Part shown: positions 1 through 11,690 of the stretch, piece by piece | Layout of the letters: every line of letters starts with the position of its first letter | Position numbering within the stretch: position 1 is the first letter of the stretch | Assembly: GCF_004010195.1 (NCBI RefSeq) | Contig: NC_057750.1 | Location: 2,548,112-2,612,111, forward strand | Direction: 5' to 3' | DNA from: Chiloscyllium plagiosum | Taxonomy: Eukaryota | Length of the DNA: 64,000 nt | The notes under the pieces: generated by a model | What the model was told of the DNA's origin: nothing | The model's input: only the letters and a program-made list of their open reading frames with translations | The model's database searches: none | Position numbers and translations under genes: made by a program

Positions 1-1945
1 CGAATAGCATTGTAATTCCCCTTCCCCCAATTCAATACTTTCCCATATCACCTGCTCCTATCCTTCTCCATGGGTGTGGTAAAGGTGAGGCAGTTGTGGT
101 CACTGTCACTGAAATGCTCTCCCACCGAGAGATCTGACACCTGGTCTGGTTCATGGCCAAGCACCAAATCCAATATGGCCTCCCCTCTAGTTGGCCTATC
201 TACATATTGAGTGAGGAACCCTCCCTAGACACACCCAGCAAAAACTGCTCCATCCAAACTATTTGAACTAATATTAGGGAAGTTAAAGTCCCCCATGACA
301 ACAACCCTGTTGTTTCTGCACCTTTCCAAAACCTGCCTCCCAATCTGCCCCTCTCTGTCTATGTTGCTATTGGGGGGGGGGGGTGCTGTAGAAAACTCCC
401 AAGAAAGTGACTGCTCCTTTCCTGTTTCTGACTTGCCCCCATACTGACTCAGTCGACAAACCTTCCTCGACAACCTCCCTTTCTGCAGCTGTGATACTAT
501 CCCTGTCTAGCAATGCCACTCCTCCATCTCTTTTACCACCCCCATCCCTTTTGAAACGTCTAAACCCTGGAAAATCCAACAGCCATTCCTGCCCCTGTGA
601 TATCCAAGTCCCCACAATGGCCATAATCTCACAGTTCCAAGTACTGATCCATGCTCTGAGTTCACCAGCAAGTTCACCAGTCTTATTCCTGAAACTTCAT
701 GTGTTAAAATAGACACACTTCAACCCATTACGCTGACTGCAACTTTGCCCAATCAACTGTCTATCCCTCCTCACACACTCTCTGCATGCTGTATCTGGCT
801 GTTCACTACCTACTCCAGCATCTGACCCATAGCTCAGGTTCAGACCCTCCTGCCAATCTAGTTTAAACCCTCCCATATAGCTCTAGCAAACCTCCTGCCC
901 AGGGTATTGGTGCCCCTCCAGTTCAGGTGCAACCCATCTCCTTGTACAGTCCCACTTTCCCCAGAAGGTACCCCAATGATCCACATGGTGCAACAGTTGT
1001 AGACTCGCCAACATTGAAGGCTTTTAAATGGTCATTGGATAGGCATATGGACAAGAATGGAATAGTTTTGAGTAGATGGGTGTCAGATCAGTTCCACAGG
1101 TCGGTGCAACATCGAGGGCCTGTACTGCATTGTAATGTTCTATGTTCCAAACCCGAATCTCTCCCTCCTACACCAGCTCTGTAGCCATGTATTCACCAGC
1201 ACTCGCTCTCTGTTCCTAGTCTCACTATCCCGTGGCACCGGAAGCAATCCTGCTCTGCTCGTTCTGCCTTTTAACTTCCAACTTAACTCCCTATTTTCAC
1301 TTTTCAGGTGCGCATCTCTTTTCCTAGCTATGTCATTGGTACCGATGTGTACCACGACTTCTGGCTGCTCACCCTTCCCATTAGGAATATTTCCAATTCA
1401 ATCTGAGACATCCCTGACCCTGGCACCCGGGAGGCAACATACCATCTAGAAGTCTTGTTCACAACCACAGAATCTGCTGTCTGTTCCTCTCCCCATTGAA
1501 TCTCCTATCACTGTCACTCTCCTGTTGTCCCCCCTTCCCTTCTGAATCACAGAGCCATACTCAGTATAAGAAGCCTGACCACTGTGGCTTTTGCAATAGG
1601 TTATCCCCCCAACAGTATTCAAAGTGGTATATTTATTATTGAGGGGAACAGCAACAGAGGATACCTGTACTGTCTGTCTATTCACTTTCCCTGCACTTTC
1701 TGCCTATTCCCTTTCCCTCTCCTGATGGTTACCCAGCTACCTTTACCCTGTAACTTAAGTGTAACCACCGCCCGACAACTCCTCTCTGTCACCTCCTCAG
1801 CCTCCTGAATGATCTGAAGTTCATCCAGCTCGAGTTCCCTAACGCGGTCTGTGAGGAGCTGGAGTTGGGTGAATGTCTCACAGGGGAGGTCAGCAGGGAC
1901 ATCAGTGATGACCCTTACCTCCCACATACTGCAAGAGAAGCATGC
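1..1945 (-). mobile_element. Degenerate CR1-clade LINE, 5' part (ORF1 esterase-like region and start of ORF2 APE endonuclease)
   Basis: Minus-strand ORF fragments: MWEVRVITDVPADLPCETFTQLQLLTDRVRELEL (CR1 ORF1 N-terminus), VIGDSMGRG and VHIGTNDI (SGNH esterase-like blocks), GGKRDGGVALL and VVMGDFNFPNI (APE endonuclease). Frameshifted, with a + strand CR1 3' fragment inserted at about 985-1147. Confidence 0.85.
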
Positions 1946-1961
1946 ACCTCTCCATTAACAC

Positions 1962-3045
1962 AGCTTTGTGCATGGGAAATCATATCTCACAAACTTGATT
2001 GAGTTTTTTGAAGAAGTAACAAAGAAGATTGATGAGGACAGAATAGTAGACGTGATCTATTTGGACTTCAGTAAGGTGTTTGACAAGGTTCCCCATGGGA
2101 GACTGATTAGCAAGGTTAGATCTCACGGAATACAGGGAGAACTAGCCATTTGAATACAGAACTGGCTCAAAGGTAGAAGACAGAGGGTGGTGGTGGTGGT
2201 GGGTTGTTTTTCAGACTGGAGGCCTGTGACCAGTGGAATGTCACAAGGATCAGTGCTGGGCCCACTACTTTTTGTCATTTACATAAATGATTTGGATGCG
2301 AGCAAAAGAGGTACAGTTAGTAAGTTTGCAGATAACACCAAAATTGGAGGTGTAGTGGACAGCGAAGAGGGTTACCTCAGATTACAACAGGANNNNNNNN
2401 NNNNNNNNNNNNNNNNNNNNNNNNNNNNNNNNNNNNNNNNNNNNNNNNNNNNNNNNNNNNNNNNNNNNNNNNNNNNNNNNNNNNNNNNNNNNNNNNNNNN
2501 NNNNNNNNNNNNNNNNNNNNNNNNNNNNNNNNNNNNNNNNNNNNNNNNNNNNNNNNNNNNNNNNNNNNNNNNNNNNNNNNNNNNNNNNNNNNNNNNNNNN
2601 NNNNNNNNNNNNNNNNNNNNNNNNNNNNNNNNNNNNNNNNNNNNNNNNNNNNNNNNNNNNNNNNNNNNNNNNNNNNNNNNNNNNNNNNNNNNNNNNNNNN
2701 NNNNNNNNNNNNNNNNNNNNNNNNNNNNNNNNNNNNNNNNNNNNNNNNNNNNNNNNNNNNNNNNNNNNNNNNNNNNNNNNNNNNNNNNNNNNNNNNNNNN
2801 NNNNNNNNNNNNNNNNNNNNNNNNNNNNNNNNNNNNNNGACCTAAGGGGCAACCTTTTCACACAGAGGGTGGTACGTGTATGGGATGAGCTGCCAGAGGA
2901 TGTGGTGGTGGCTGGTAAAATTGCAACATTTAAGAGGCATTTGGATGGGTATATGAATAGGAAGGGTTTGGAGGGATATGGGCCGGGTGCTGGCAGGTGG
3001 GACTAGATTGGGTTGGGATATCTGGTCGGCATGGACGGGTTGGAC
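1962..3045 (+). mobile_element. CR1/HER1-type LINE, RT domain to 3' end (spans a gap)
   Basis: SYLTNLIEFFEEVTKKIDE, YLDFSKVFDKVPH, QGSVLGPLLFVIYINDLD and SKFADNTK. 3' tail ggatatgggccgggtgctggcaggtgggactag. Confidence 0.9.
2393..2838. other. Assembly gap (446 N)
   Basis: Run of N inside a CR1 copy. Confidence 1.
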
Positions 3046-3623
3046 ACCGTGTAGTGTCTCAGTTTCAGCCACAGCCTGAATATATCAGTGCACGTGCCCA
3101 GCAATCCCCGTGTCCGTGTCCATTCCTGCTGAACCTTTGCTCCACCTATTCTCTATAGAACATAGAACATAGAAAAGTACAGCACAGAACAGGCCCTTCG
3201 GCCTACAATGTTGTGCTGAGGACTAATCCTAACATAAAATAAAATAACCTAACCTACGCTCCCCTCAATTCACTGCTGTCCATGTGCATGTCCAGCAGTA
3301 GCATAAATGTCCCTAATGACTCTGCTTCCACCACCACCACTGGCAACACATTCCACTGCATGAAGAACCTTCCTCTGACGGCTCCTGTATACCTCCCTCC
3401 TAACACCTTAAAACTATGATCCCTAGTGCCAGTCAATCCTGCCCTGGGGAAAAGTCTCTGGCTGTTGACTCTCTCCAAGCCTCATTACTTTGTACACCTC
3501 GATCAGGTCACCTCTCTTCCTCCTTCTCTCCACAGAGAAAAGTCCAAGCTCAGTCAATCTTTCTTTGTAAGATAAGCCCTCCGGTCCAGGCAGCATCCTG
3601 GTAAACCACACCAGGCACTGTGT

Positions 3624-3938
3624 GGGCGGCACAGTGGCACAGTGGTTAGTACTGCTGCCTCACAGCGCCTGAGACCTGGGTTCAATTCCCGCCTCAGGCG
3701 ACTGACTGTGTGGAGTTTGCACGTTCTCCCCGTGTCTGAGTGGGTTTCCTCCGGGTGCTCCGGTTTTCTCCCACAGTCCAAAGATGTGCAGGTCAGGTGA
3801 ATTGGCCATGCTAAATTGTCCGTAGTGTTAGGTAAGGGGTAAATGCAGGGTTATGGGTGGGTTGCGCTTCGGCGGGTCGGTGTGGACTTGTTGGGCCGAA
3901 GGGCCTGTTTCCACACTGTAATGTAATCTAAAAAAAAA
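3624..3938 (+). mobile_element. HE1-type tRNA-derived V-SINE
   Basis: tRNA-like A box (tggcacagtgg) and B box (gggttcaattccc), V-domain core tgtggagtttgcacgttctccccgtgtc, CR1-like tail gggcctgtttccacactgta. Confidence 0.9.
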
Positions 3939-3999
3939 TGTAAACTTTCTTTGTACCCTCTGCAAACCAGAACTGGACACAATATTCCAAGTGTGATCT

Positions 4000-4220
4000 T
4001 CGAGGAGAAAGTGAGGTCTGCAGATGCTGGAGATCAAAGTTGAAACTTTATTGCTGGAACAGCACAGCAGGTCAGGCAGCATCCAGGGAACAGGAGATTC
4101 GACGTTTCGGGCACAGGCCCTTCTTCAGGAATGAAGAAGGGCCTGTGCCCAAAACGTCGAATCTCCTGTTCCCTGGATGCTGCCTGACCTGCTGTGCTGT
4201 TCCAGCAATAAAGTTTCAAC
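4000..4220. mobile_element. Short Penelope-derived inverted-repeat (hairpin) insertion with 14-bp TSD
   Basis: 90-bp inverted arms 4038-4127 and 4132-4221 with one mismatch. Flanked by tccaagtgtgatct at 3986-3999 and 4221-4234. Contains a hammerhead core. Confidence 0.85.
4097..4132 (-). ncRNA. Minimal type I hammerhead ribozyme motif (Penelope pLTR type)
   Basis: Minus strand reads AUUC-CUGAAGA-A-GGGC-CUGU-GCCC-GAAA-CGUC-GAAU: complete core, 4-bp stem I, 4-bp stem II, palindromic ACGU in place of stem III, GUC cleavage triplet. Confidence 0.75.
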
Positions 4221-5039
4221 TCCAAGTGTGATCTCACCCGGATTTTGTAGAGCTGCAGCAAAACCTCGTGGCTCTTAAACTCGATCCTCTGTTAATGAAA
4301 GCCAAAACACTATATGCTTTCTTAACATCCCTATCCACGTGGGTGACAACTTTGAGGGATCTACGCACTTGAACACCAAGAGCCCTCCAGACTGCCAAGA
4401 ATCCTGTCATTAATCCTATATTCAGCATACGAGTTCGACCTTCCAAAAGCATCACTTTGCATTTATCCAGGTTGAACTCCATCTGCCATTTCTCAGCCCA
4501 GCTCTGCATCCTGTCTATGTCGCACTGCAGCCTGCAATAGCCCTCGATACTATCAACGGCACCTCCAACCTTTGTATCATTGGCAAACTTACTAACCCGC
4601 TCCTCATCCACCTCATCCAAGTCATTTATAAAAACCTCAAAGAGCAGAGGCCCAAGAACATAGTCCCTGCGGGACACACTCACCACTGACCTCCATGCAG
4701 AATACTTTCCATCTACAACCACTCTCTGCCTTCTGTCAGCCAACCAATTCTGAATCCAGATAGCCAAATCTCCCCGTATCCCATACCTTCTGACTTTATG
4801 AATGAGCCTACCGTGGGGAACCTTATCAAATGCCTTGCTGAAATCCATGTACACCGCACCAACTGATTGACCTTTGTCAACCTGTCTCGTCACCTCCTCA
4901 AAGAGCTCAATAAGATTTGTGAGGCATGACCTGCCCCTACAAAGCCATGCTGACTGCCTTTAATCACGCTTTAACAGGAAAGGCCCCCAGGTCCTTACTC
5001 TCACCATTGCCACTACTGCAAGGGCAGCCGCTTGATGGG

Positions 5040-5730
5040 TGAACAAAGAGGATTGTTATTTGGACTGGAGGCCCCTGACCAGTTCTGAGTCCACTGTTGT
5101 TTGACATTTATATAAATGATTTGGATGAGAATATAAGAGGTATGGTTAGTAAGTTTGTGGATGATGCCAAATTTCATGGTATAGTGGACAGTGAACAAGT
5201 TTATCTAAATACAGAGTGGGACCTTGATCTGATGGGCCCATAGGCAGATGAAGTTTAATGCAAATAAATGTGAGGTGTTGCACTTTGATAAGGCAAAGCA
5301 GAGCAGGACTTCTACAGTTAATGGTGGGGCCCTGGGGAGTGTTGTTGAACTGAGAGACCTCGGGGTCCAGGTGTATAGTTTCTTGAAAGTGGCGTCCCAG
5401 GTAGACAGGATGAGGAAGAAGGTGTTTGACACACTTACCTTCATTGGTCAGAGCACTGAACACAGAAGCTGGGGCGTGATGTAGTGGGACATTGGTGAGG
5501 CCATTTCAGGAGTACTGCTTAAATTCTGATTGTCCTGCTATAGGATTTTGTCAAACTAGAAAGGGTCTGGAAAAGACTTACAACGATGTTGCCGGGACTG
5601 GAGGGGTTGAGTTGAAGGGAGGGACTGGAAAGACTGGAACATAGGGAGTTGAAGGGTGAGGTTTATAAAATCATGAGGGTCATGGATAGAATGGTCTGTG
5701 TGGACGGTTGGACTGAAGGGTCTGTTTCAA
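5040..5730 (+). mobile_element. Degenerate CR1 LINE 3' fragment
   Basis: MKFNANKCEVLHF...LRDLGVQVYSFLKV and a CR1 3' tail. Confidence 0.8.
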
Positions 5731-6204
5731 CAGGAAGTCCCTGTGTTTGCAGCTCTCACAGCTGACGGCACACTCACCAATGGTGTAGGTAACATTCAGC
5801 ACATGCATAAGACGAGAATTGGAGTCTTCTACATATCCTGGAGGGTTGAGGGGTTGGAGAAGGAGGGTAAGACCCTCTTACAGCGAGATATCCGAAAAGG
5901 ATGGTAGAAATTTTTAAAATTGAGGCATTGTCTAACCAGGAGCCAGTGTAGGTCAGCGAGCACAAGGTTGGTGAGTGGGATGGGGCTCGGTTCAAAATGA
6001 GGGATTGAGGAGGTGAGCTACTCCCTTCAGGGATTCACAGCAGCTGACCTGTTCTGCTAGCCACTGTGTTTATATGGTGAGTCCAGTTCAGTTTCTGGGC
6101 AATAGTAAACCCCAGGATGTTAATTGATAATGACAGTGTATAGCTGTGTCGGGAGTTAGTCAGCTGGATGGCTGCTTTGTAATGGCAAATAAACATTCAG
6201 AATC

Positions 6205-6468
6205 ATTACACTGTGAAAGCAGGCCATTTGGCCCATCGAGTCCATGAAATCTCTCGAAAGAGCACCCCACCCCTTCCCTGAAACTCTACATTTCCCATGG
6301 CTAACCCACCTCAACTGCACCCTAACCTGTGCATCTTTAGACTGTGGGATGAAACCCACACAGACATAGGGAGAACGTGCAAACTCCACACAGACAGTCG
6401 CCCGAGGCTGGAATCAAACCCAGGTTCCTGGCGCTGTGAGGCAGCAGTGCTAACCACTGGACCACTGT
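6205..6468 (-). mobile_element. HE1-type V-SINE
   Basis: Reverse complement of the HE1 core (gtgcaaactccacacagacagtcgcccgagg...gcagcagtgctaaccactg). Confidence 0.8.
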
Positions 6469-6529
6469 GACACCTGTTAAGGCACATCTGAGTGAGCACT
6501 TAAAATGCCAGGGTATTGTACACTATGGA

Positions 6530-6657
6530 GAAAGTGAGGACTGCAGATGCTGGAGATCAGAGCTGAAAATGTGTTGCTGGAAAAGTGCAGCAGATCAGGC
6601 AGCATCCAAGGAACAGGAGAATCAACGTTTCGGGCATAAGCCCTTCTTCAGGCACTA
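6530..6657 (-). mobile_element. Penelope-derived short insertion (single pLTR end with hammerhead-like core), 13-bp TSD
   Basis: Same family as 4000-4220. Flanked by tgtacactatgga at 6517-6529 and 6658-6670. Confidence 0.75.
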
Positions 6658-7506
6658 TGTACACTATGGACCAAGGGTGGGTAAACGGGTTTAGGCTGAA
6701 AGGTCTGTTTCGATGCTGTATGACTCTACAACACCAATTACATGGGTTCAATTCCTGCACCAGCTGAGGTTATTGTGAAGATCCCACCTTCTCAATCTCA
6801 CCAGAAGAATGGTGACCCTCAGGTTAAATCGTCACCAGCCATCTCTCTCTCTCTGACGAGAGAGTGGGACTACAGTAATTTTTAATGCTTTATGTCTGAA
6901 TTTCTGGAAAAGGATTTATCAAAGGGTTTGTACGTGTCATCAATGAGGCAAACAAATGAGTTGTTCTAAGAAATCATTTTGTATGCTCAGGAAATGTGAG
7001 AATTCATCCCTAATCAATGGCCCAGCGTGGGATTAAATGAAGCTTCTGGGTCATTCAGTCATCTCCTGATTTCATCAGTGTCCTAGCCTCCCCCACACTA
7101 GCCACAGCATTCCTTGTCGTTCTATTAAAGCAACTATCTGGTTATCCAGCAGATGGAGAGCAATTTAACACCAGAAACCTGATTTCCTAGAACCTGTTTA
7201 ATCAATCAGGGGCAGGTAAGTCTCATCGTTCAAGAGGCTTAACCCTGTTCTGTAGACTTCACCAACTGTTTTAAGATAACCCATGTTTGAGGAAGCTTTT
7301 TATCGCAGGGATTTCCTGCATTTATATGGCACCTTTTTCAGCTTCAGGATGTTCCAAAGCACTTTACAGCCAATGAAGTGCTTCGGAAGTCTGGTTACTG
7401 CTGTAATGTGGGGGAAATGGCAGCCATTTTGAACACAGTAAGATCCCGCTAACCACATCCTGAAAAAGGAAGTGGCCCAGTAATGTAGATTGAGTGATAA
7501 ACATAT

Positions 7507-7935
7507 TTGAGCTGTAGGGAGAGGCTAGATAGGCTAGGGCTGTTTTCCCTGGAGTGTCGGACGCTGAGGGGTGACCTTATAGAGGTTTATAAAATCATGA
7601 GGGACATGGATAGGATAAATAGTCAAGGTATTTTCCCAGGGTGGGGGAGTCCAGAACTAGAGGAGCATAGGTTTAAGGTGAGAGGGAAAAGATTTAAAAG
7701 AGACCTGGGGGGCAACCTTTTCACACAGAGGGTGGTACATGTATGGAATGAGCTGCCAGAGGAAGTGGTGGAGGCTGGTACAATTACAACATTTAAGAGG
7801 CATCTGGATGGGTATATGAATAGGAAGGGTTTGGAGGGATATGGGCCCGGTGCTGGCAAATGGGACTAGATTAATTTAGGATATTTGGTCGGCATGGACG
7901 GGTTGGACCGATGGGTCTGTTTCTGTGCTGTACAT
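7507..7935 (+). mobile_element. CR1/HER1 LINE 3' end
   Basis: ERLDRLGLFSLE..LRGDLIEVYKIM..FTQRVVHVWNELPEEVVEAGTITTFKRHLDGYM, the typical CR1 ORF2 C-terminus. Confidence 0.9.
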
Positions 7936-8410
7936 TCTATCTGGATGCATAACGGCGTGCTACAGCACCTGCCCTGTCCAGGACCATAAGAAACCACAGA
8001 AGGTTGTGTGCACAGCCTAGACCATCGTGGAAGCCAATCTTCCAACCATGGACTCTGTTTACACTTTGCTTTACAGTGGAAAGGCTGCCAACATTATCAA
8101 AAATCCCCTCTCACCCTAGTAATGGTGTCCTACGATCTCTTCTGTCAGGCAGAAAATACAGAACCTTGAATATGCACTGACATGTTTGAGAACAGCTTTT
8201 TCCCTGCTATTATTAGACTAATGAATGGACCTCTCTAACTTCAGATAATGTTGGTCTTGCTTTGTGCACCCTCTGTGCAGTGTAATCTATATGCCTTACT
8301 CTGTCTCAGCACCCTGTGCTCTGTATGTTCTTGCAATCTTCTATCTGTACTGCTTGAAAACAAAGCTTTTCACTGTAATTAGGTACACGACCACAATATA
8401 TCAAATCAAG
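7936..8410 (+). mobile_element. Degenerate Rex1/Babar-like LINE 3' end
   Basis: Translates CITACYSTCPVQDHKKPQKVVCTA*TI, resembling the Rex-Babar ORF2 C-terminal motif. Ends in a (tcaaa)n tail. Confidence 0.6.
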
Positions 8411-8848
8411 TCAAATATATGACTCTATATTTATAGGGCTGGACACTAGGTCAATCCTAGAGATCCTAGAGGGAATCTAATCTAAAAGAAAGGAGACAGT
8501 GAATCAGAGATTGTGCAAAGTGGAAAGTGAGCGTTTGAGTGGGGATAGATGTGAGAGAGTCACCCATCCATTCAGAGAATACTGGATATGTTTTGGTTTC
8601 AGCAATGCTCACATTCTGAGCCACTCCATGACCAGTTAGGAACAGTTTACCTTCTAGTTGCCACCTTCATACTCTTTGCAACACTTCAGAAGGACCGGCT
8701 GCGAAGCAATTCAAGGTCACAATGGGTGCTACAGAAATGCAAACTTTTTCCGGAACATTCCGGGCGCCTGATTTTAACGGTCTGCAAATCTTATTAAAAA
8801 CCAAACAGTAGCTGATTTAGCAAGTGCAAATCAATGGGACATGATGAC

Positions 8849-9520
8849 TGTGGGGGCTGGTTAGCTCAGTTGGCTGGACAACTGGTTTGTGATACCAACA
8901 GTTGGATTCAATTCCCTCCCAGCTGAGGTCACGATGAAAGGTTGGACTTCTCAACCTCTCTTCTTTTATTTCAATAGTCTACTTAATCATAAAAAAATGT
9001 CTTTGAATATATACATTGTCACAAAAGCAATTCAGTTTGTACAGTTGTATATCATAAGACTATAAGACATAGGAGCAGAAATTAAGCCATTCAGCCCATT
9101 GAGTCTGCTCCGCCATTCAACCCTGGCTGTTAAGTTTCTCAATCCCATCCTCCCACTTTCTCTCCATAACCCTTGATCCCCTTGACAATCAAGAACCTAT
9201 CTATCTCAATCTTAAATATACTCAATGACCTAGCCTCCACAGCCTTCTGTGGCAGTGAATTCCAGAGATTCAGTAAATAAACAAAACATTGGACTTTGAC
9301 TCTATCCAAAACAACCAAATACCTCTCTGACACATACAGTACCAATATTTATACATATCTGAGGCAGTAGGAAGGTCCAATACCTGAACAGACTCAACCT
9401 CTCCCTTTGCCTGAGGTGTAGCATCTCTCAGGTTAAACAATCACCAACCCTCTCTCTGTCTCTCTCTCTCTGCCTCTCTCTCTCTGTCTCTTTCTCTGTC
9501 CGTCTCTCTGTCTGTCTCTA

Positions 9521-9553
<33 letters not shown>

Positions 9554-9603
9554 CTAATGAGAGCGTGGTCACATGATCTGGTAAGACAATGGTAACTTTA
9601 CCT
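8849..9603 (+). mobile_element. tRNA-derived SINE (second family), split by later insertions and a (CT)n expansion
   Basis: Head ggttagctcagttggctgg...ggattcaattccc at about 8855-8915, resuming at about 9395. Junction repeat tcaacctctc at 8951-8960 and 9395-9404. CR1 3' fragment at about 9050-9270 inside. Related copies at about 6155-6875 (split) and 44460-44670 (-). Confidence 0.65.
9450..9555. repeat. (CT/GT)n microsatellite
   Basis: Imperfect ctctctgtct repeats. Confidence 0.95.
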
Positions 9604-9869
9604 TCAGTGATTATGTTGTGTTTGCTAAACAAATGCAGTTACACACACACATTATCCCCTGGGAAGCTGTCTCAGAGAGAGTAGGGTTGAAAGTTAAAGC
9701 TTTGGTCTTATTTTTAATGTCCTATTTCTGCATAACGTTCAGAGGAAGGGTCACTGGACTTGAGGCATTAGTTCTGCTTTCTCTCCGGTCAGGCCTGTTG
9801 AGTTTCTCCAGCACTTTCGGTTTCAGTCAATATTCTGGTTATGTTTACCGTGCCTGCAAATGATTTGCC

Positions 9870-9889
9870 AGACAGAGAGAGAGACAGAC

Positions 9890-9940
<51 letters not shown>
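9870..9940. repeat. (GA)n microsatellite
   Basis: gacagagagagaga repeats. Confidence 0.95.
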
Positions 9941-10188
9941 TATGAGTGGTCTGCATATTCTGTGGATGCAATAAATGGAGGTCAAACAATCAACTGCAGA
10001 CTCTGGGAAAGACAGCAGGGCTGAGTGACAGGCCCTAACTGTGCGAGATGTTGCAAGGTGACTGATCCTAGTGTTAACTGGTCACTCACTGACCCTCTGT
10101 CTCACTGTGTTTTCCCAGGATTCCAGGGAGTGCTAGCTACAGTAGGAGTCAAACAGAAGTTCACCAGCCTCACTCCTGGGATCACAGT

Positions 10189-10414
10189 TTAGATCAGAAT
10201 GGTGCTGGAAAAGCACAGCAGGTCAGGCACCACCCGAGGAGCAGGAAAATCGATGTTTCAGGCAAAAGCCCTTCATCAGCCCTTTTCCTGATGAAAGGCT
10301 TTTGCCCAAACCATCGATTCTCTTGCTCCTCGGGTGGTGCCTGACCTGCTGTGCTTTTCCAGCACCACTCTGATCTAAACTCTGGTTTCCAGCATCTGCA
10401 GTCCTCACTTTTGC
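10189..10414. mobile_element. Penelope-derived hairpin insertion with 16-bp TSD
   Basis: Inverted arms at about 10188-10279 and 10288-10379. Flanked by ctcctgggatcacagt at 10173-10188 and 10415-10430. Degenerate ctgatga...gccc hammerhead cores at the hairpin centre. Confidence 0.85.
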
Positions 10415-10999
10415 CTCCTGGGATCACAGTACTGACATGTGAAGAGAGACTGGATCAGTTAGGGCTATGTGGAGTGGAGCAGTGTGGTTCGATTCCAGCC
10501 TCAGGCGACTATCTGTGTGGAATTTGCACACTCTCCTTGTGTCTGTGTGGGTTTGTTCTGGTTTTCTCCCAGAGTCCAAAAGATTTGTAGGCTATGGGAA
10601 ATTGCCTGTGATATGCAGGCTGGCTGGATTAGCCATTGAAAATGGCAGGGACTGGATGGGGTGCTGTTTGGAGGGTCCGTATGGGCCAAATAGCCTGCTT
10701 CCGCACTGTAGAGATTCTATGATGTTTCCTGAAGTTTAGAAGAATGATTGGAGGATCTCATAGAAACCAATAAAAGTCTAACAGGACTAGACAGGTAAAT
10801 ACAGGAAGGATATTCCCAAAGAGCAGAGTGGTCACAGTCTAAGGATTCGGGATCAGCCACTTGGGACTGAGCTGAGGAGAATTGTCTTCACCCAGAGAGT
10901 GGAGAGCCTGAGGAATTCTCTTTCCCTGAAAGCGATTAAGGCTTGAATGTTTTCAGGGAGGAGTTAGATGCAGTCTGTCTGCAAGTTAACTTTCTATAT

Positions 11000-11470
11000 A
11001 AAGCTCAGAAGAGATTTACCAGGATGTTGCCAGAAGTGGAGGGTTTGAGTTACAAAGAACACCTGGAAAGGCTGGGATTTTTTCCACTGGATCATAGGAG
11101 GTTAAGGGGTGACCTTACAGAGGTTTATAAAACCATGAGGGGCACAGATAAGGTGACTAGCAAAGGTCTTACCCTCAGGGTACGGGAGTTCAAGGCTAGC
11201 AGGCAAAATTTTAAGGTGACAGGGAAAAGAATTAAAATGGACACGAGGGGCAACTATTTTTACACAGAGTTTGTGTGTGGAATTAACTTCCAGAGGATGT
11301 GGTGAATGCAGGTACAGTTGCAATGTTTAAAAGACATTTAGATAAGTACATGAATAGGAAAGGTTTGGATGGGTATGGGTTAGAGGTACGCAGGTGGGAC
11401 TAGTTTAGTTTAGGAACATGGTTGGTGTGGACTGGTTGAACCAAAGGGTCTATTTCCATGCTGTATGATG
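11000..11470 (+). mobile_element. CR1 LINE 3' end
   Basis: AQKRFTRMLPEVEGLSYKEHLERLGFF..LRGDLTEVYKTM. Confidence 0.85.
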
Positions 11471-11479
11471 TTAGATTCC

Positions 11480-11690
11480 CCTTCAAGCCGTCCTGACTTG
11501 GAAATATATCGCCGTTCCTACAGTGCCACTGGGTCAGAATCCTGGAATTCCCTCCCTAAGGGCATTGTGGGTCAACCCACAGCACACGGACTGCAGCGGT
11601 TCAAGAAGGCAAATCACTCCCACCTTCTCAAGGGGCAACTAGGGACGGGACAATAAATGCTGGGACCAATGAGCAACACCTTTGAGCCAC
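11480..11690 (+). mobile_element. 3' end of another LINE family (L2/CR1-like). Related copies at about 18815-19130 (-), 42560-42975 (+) and 59410-59730 (-)
   Basis: Recurrent block cctggaattccctccctaag...ctgcagcggttcaagaaggc...gggcaataaatgctgg found in several places in the window. Confidence 0.6.

Larger units (their letters stand above)
3155..4968 (-). mobile_element. CR1 LINE RT to 3' end, interrupted by an HE1 SINE and a Penelope-derived hairpin element
   Basis: ORF 4234-4893 contains YMDFSKAFDKVPH, VLGPLLF, SKFANDTK and WQMEFNLDKCKV. 3' (catagaa)n tail near 3155-3175. Confidence 0.9.

Noticed and set aside
9450..9940. Complementary (CT)n and (GA)n tracts that could pair
   Set aside because: Simple microsatellites are common, and nothing indicates transcription or function here.
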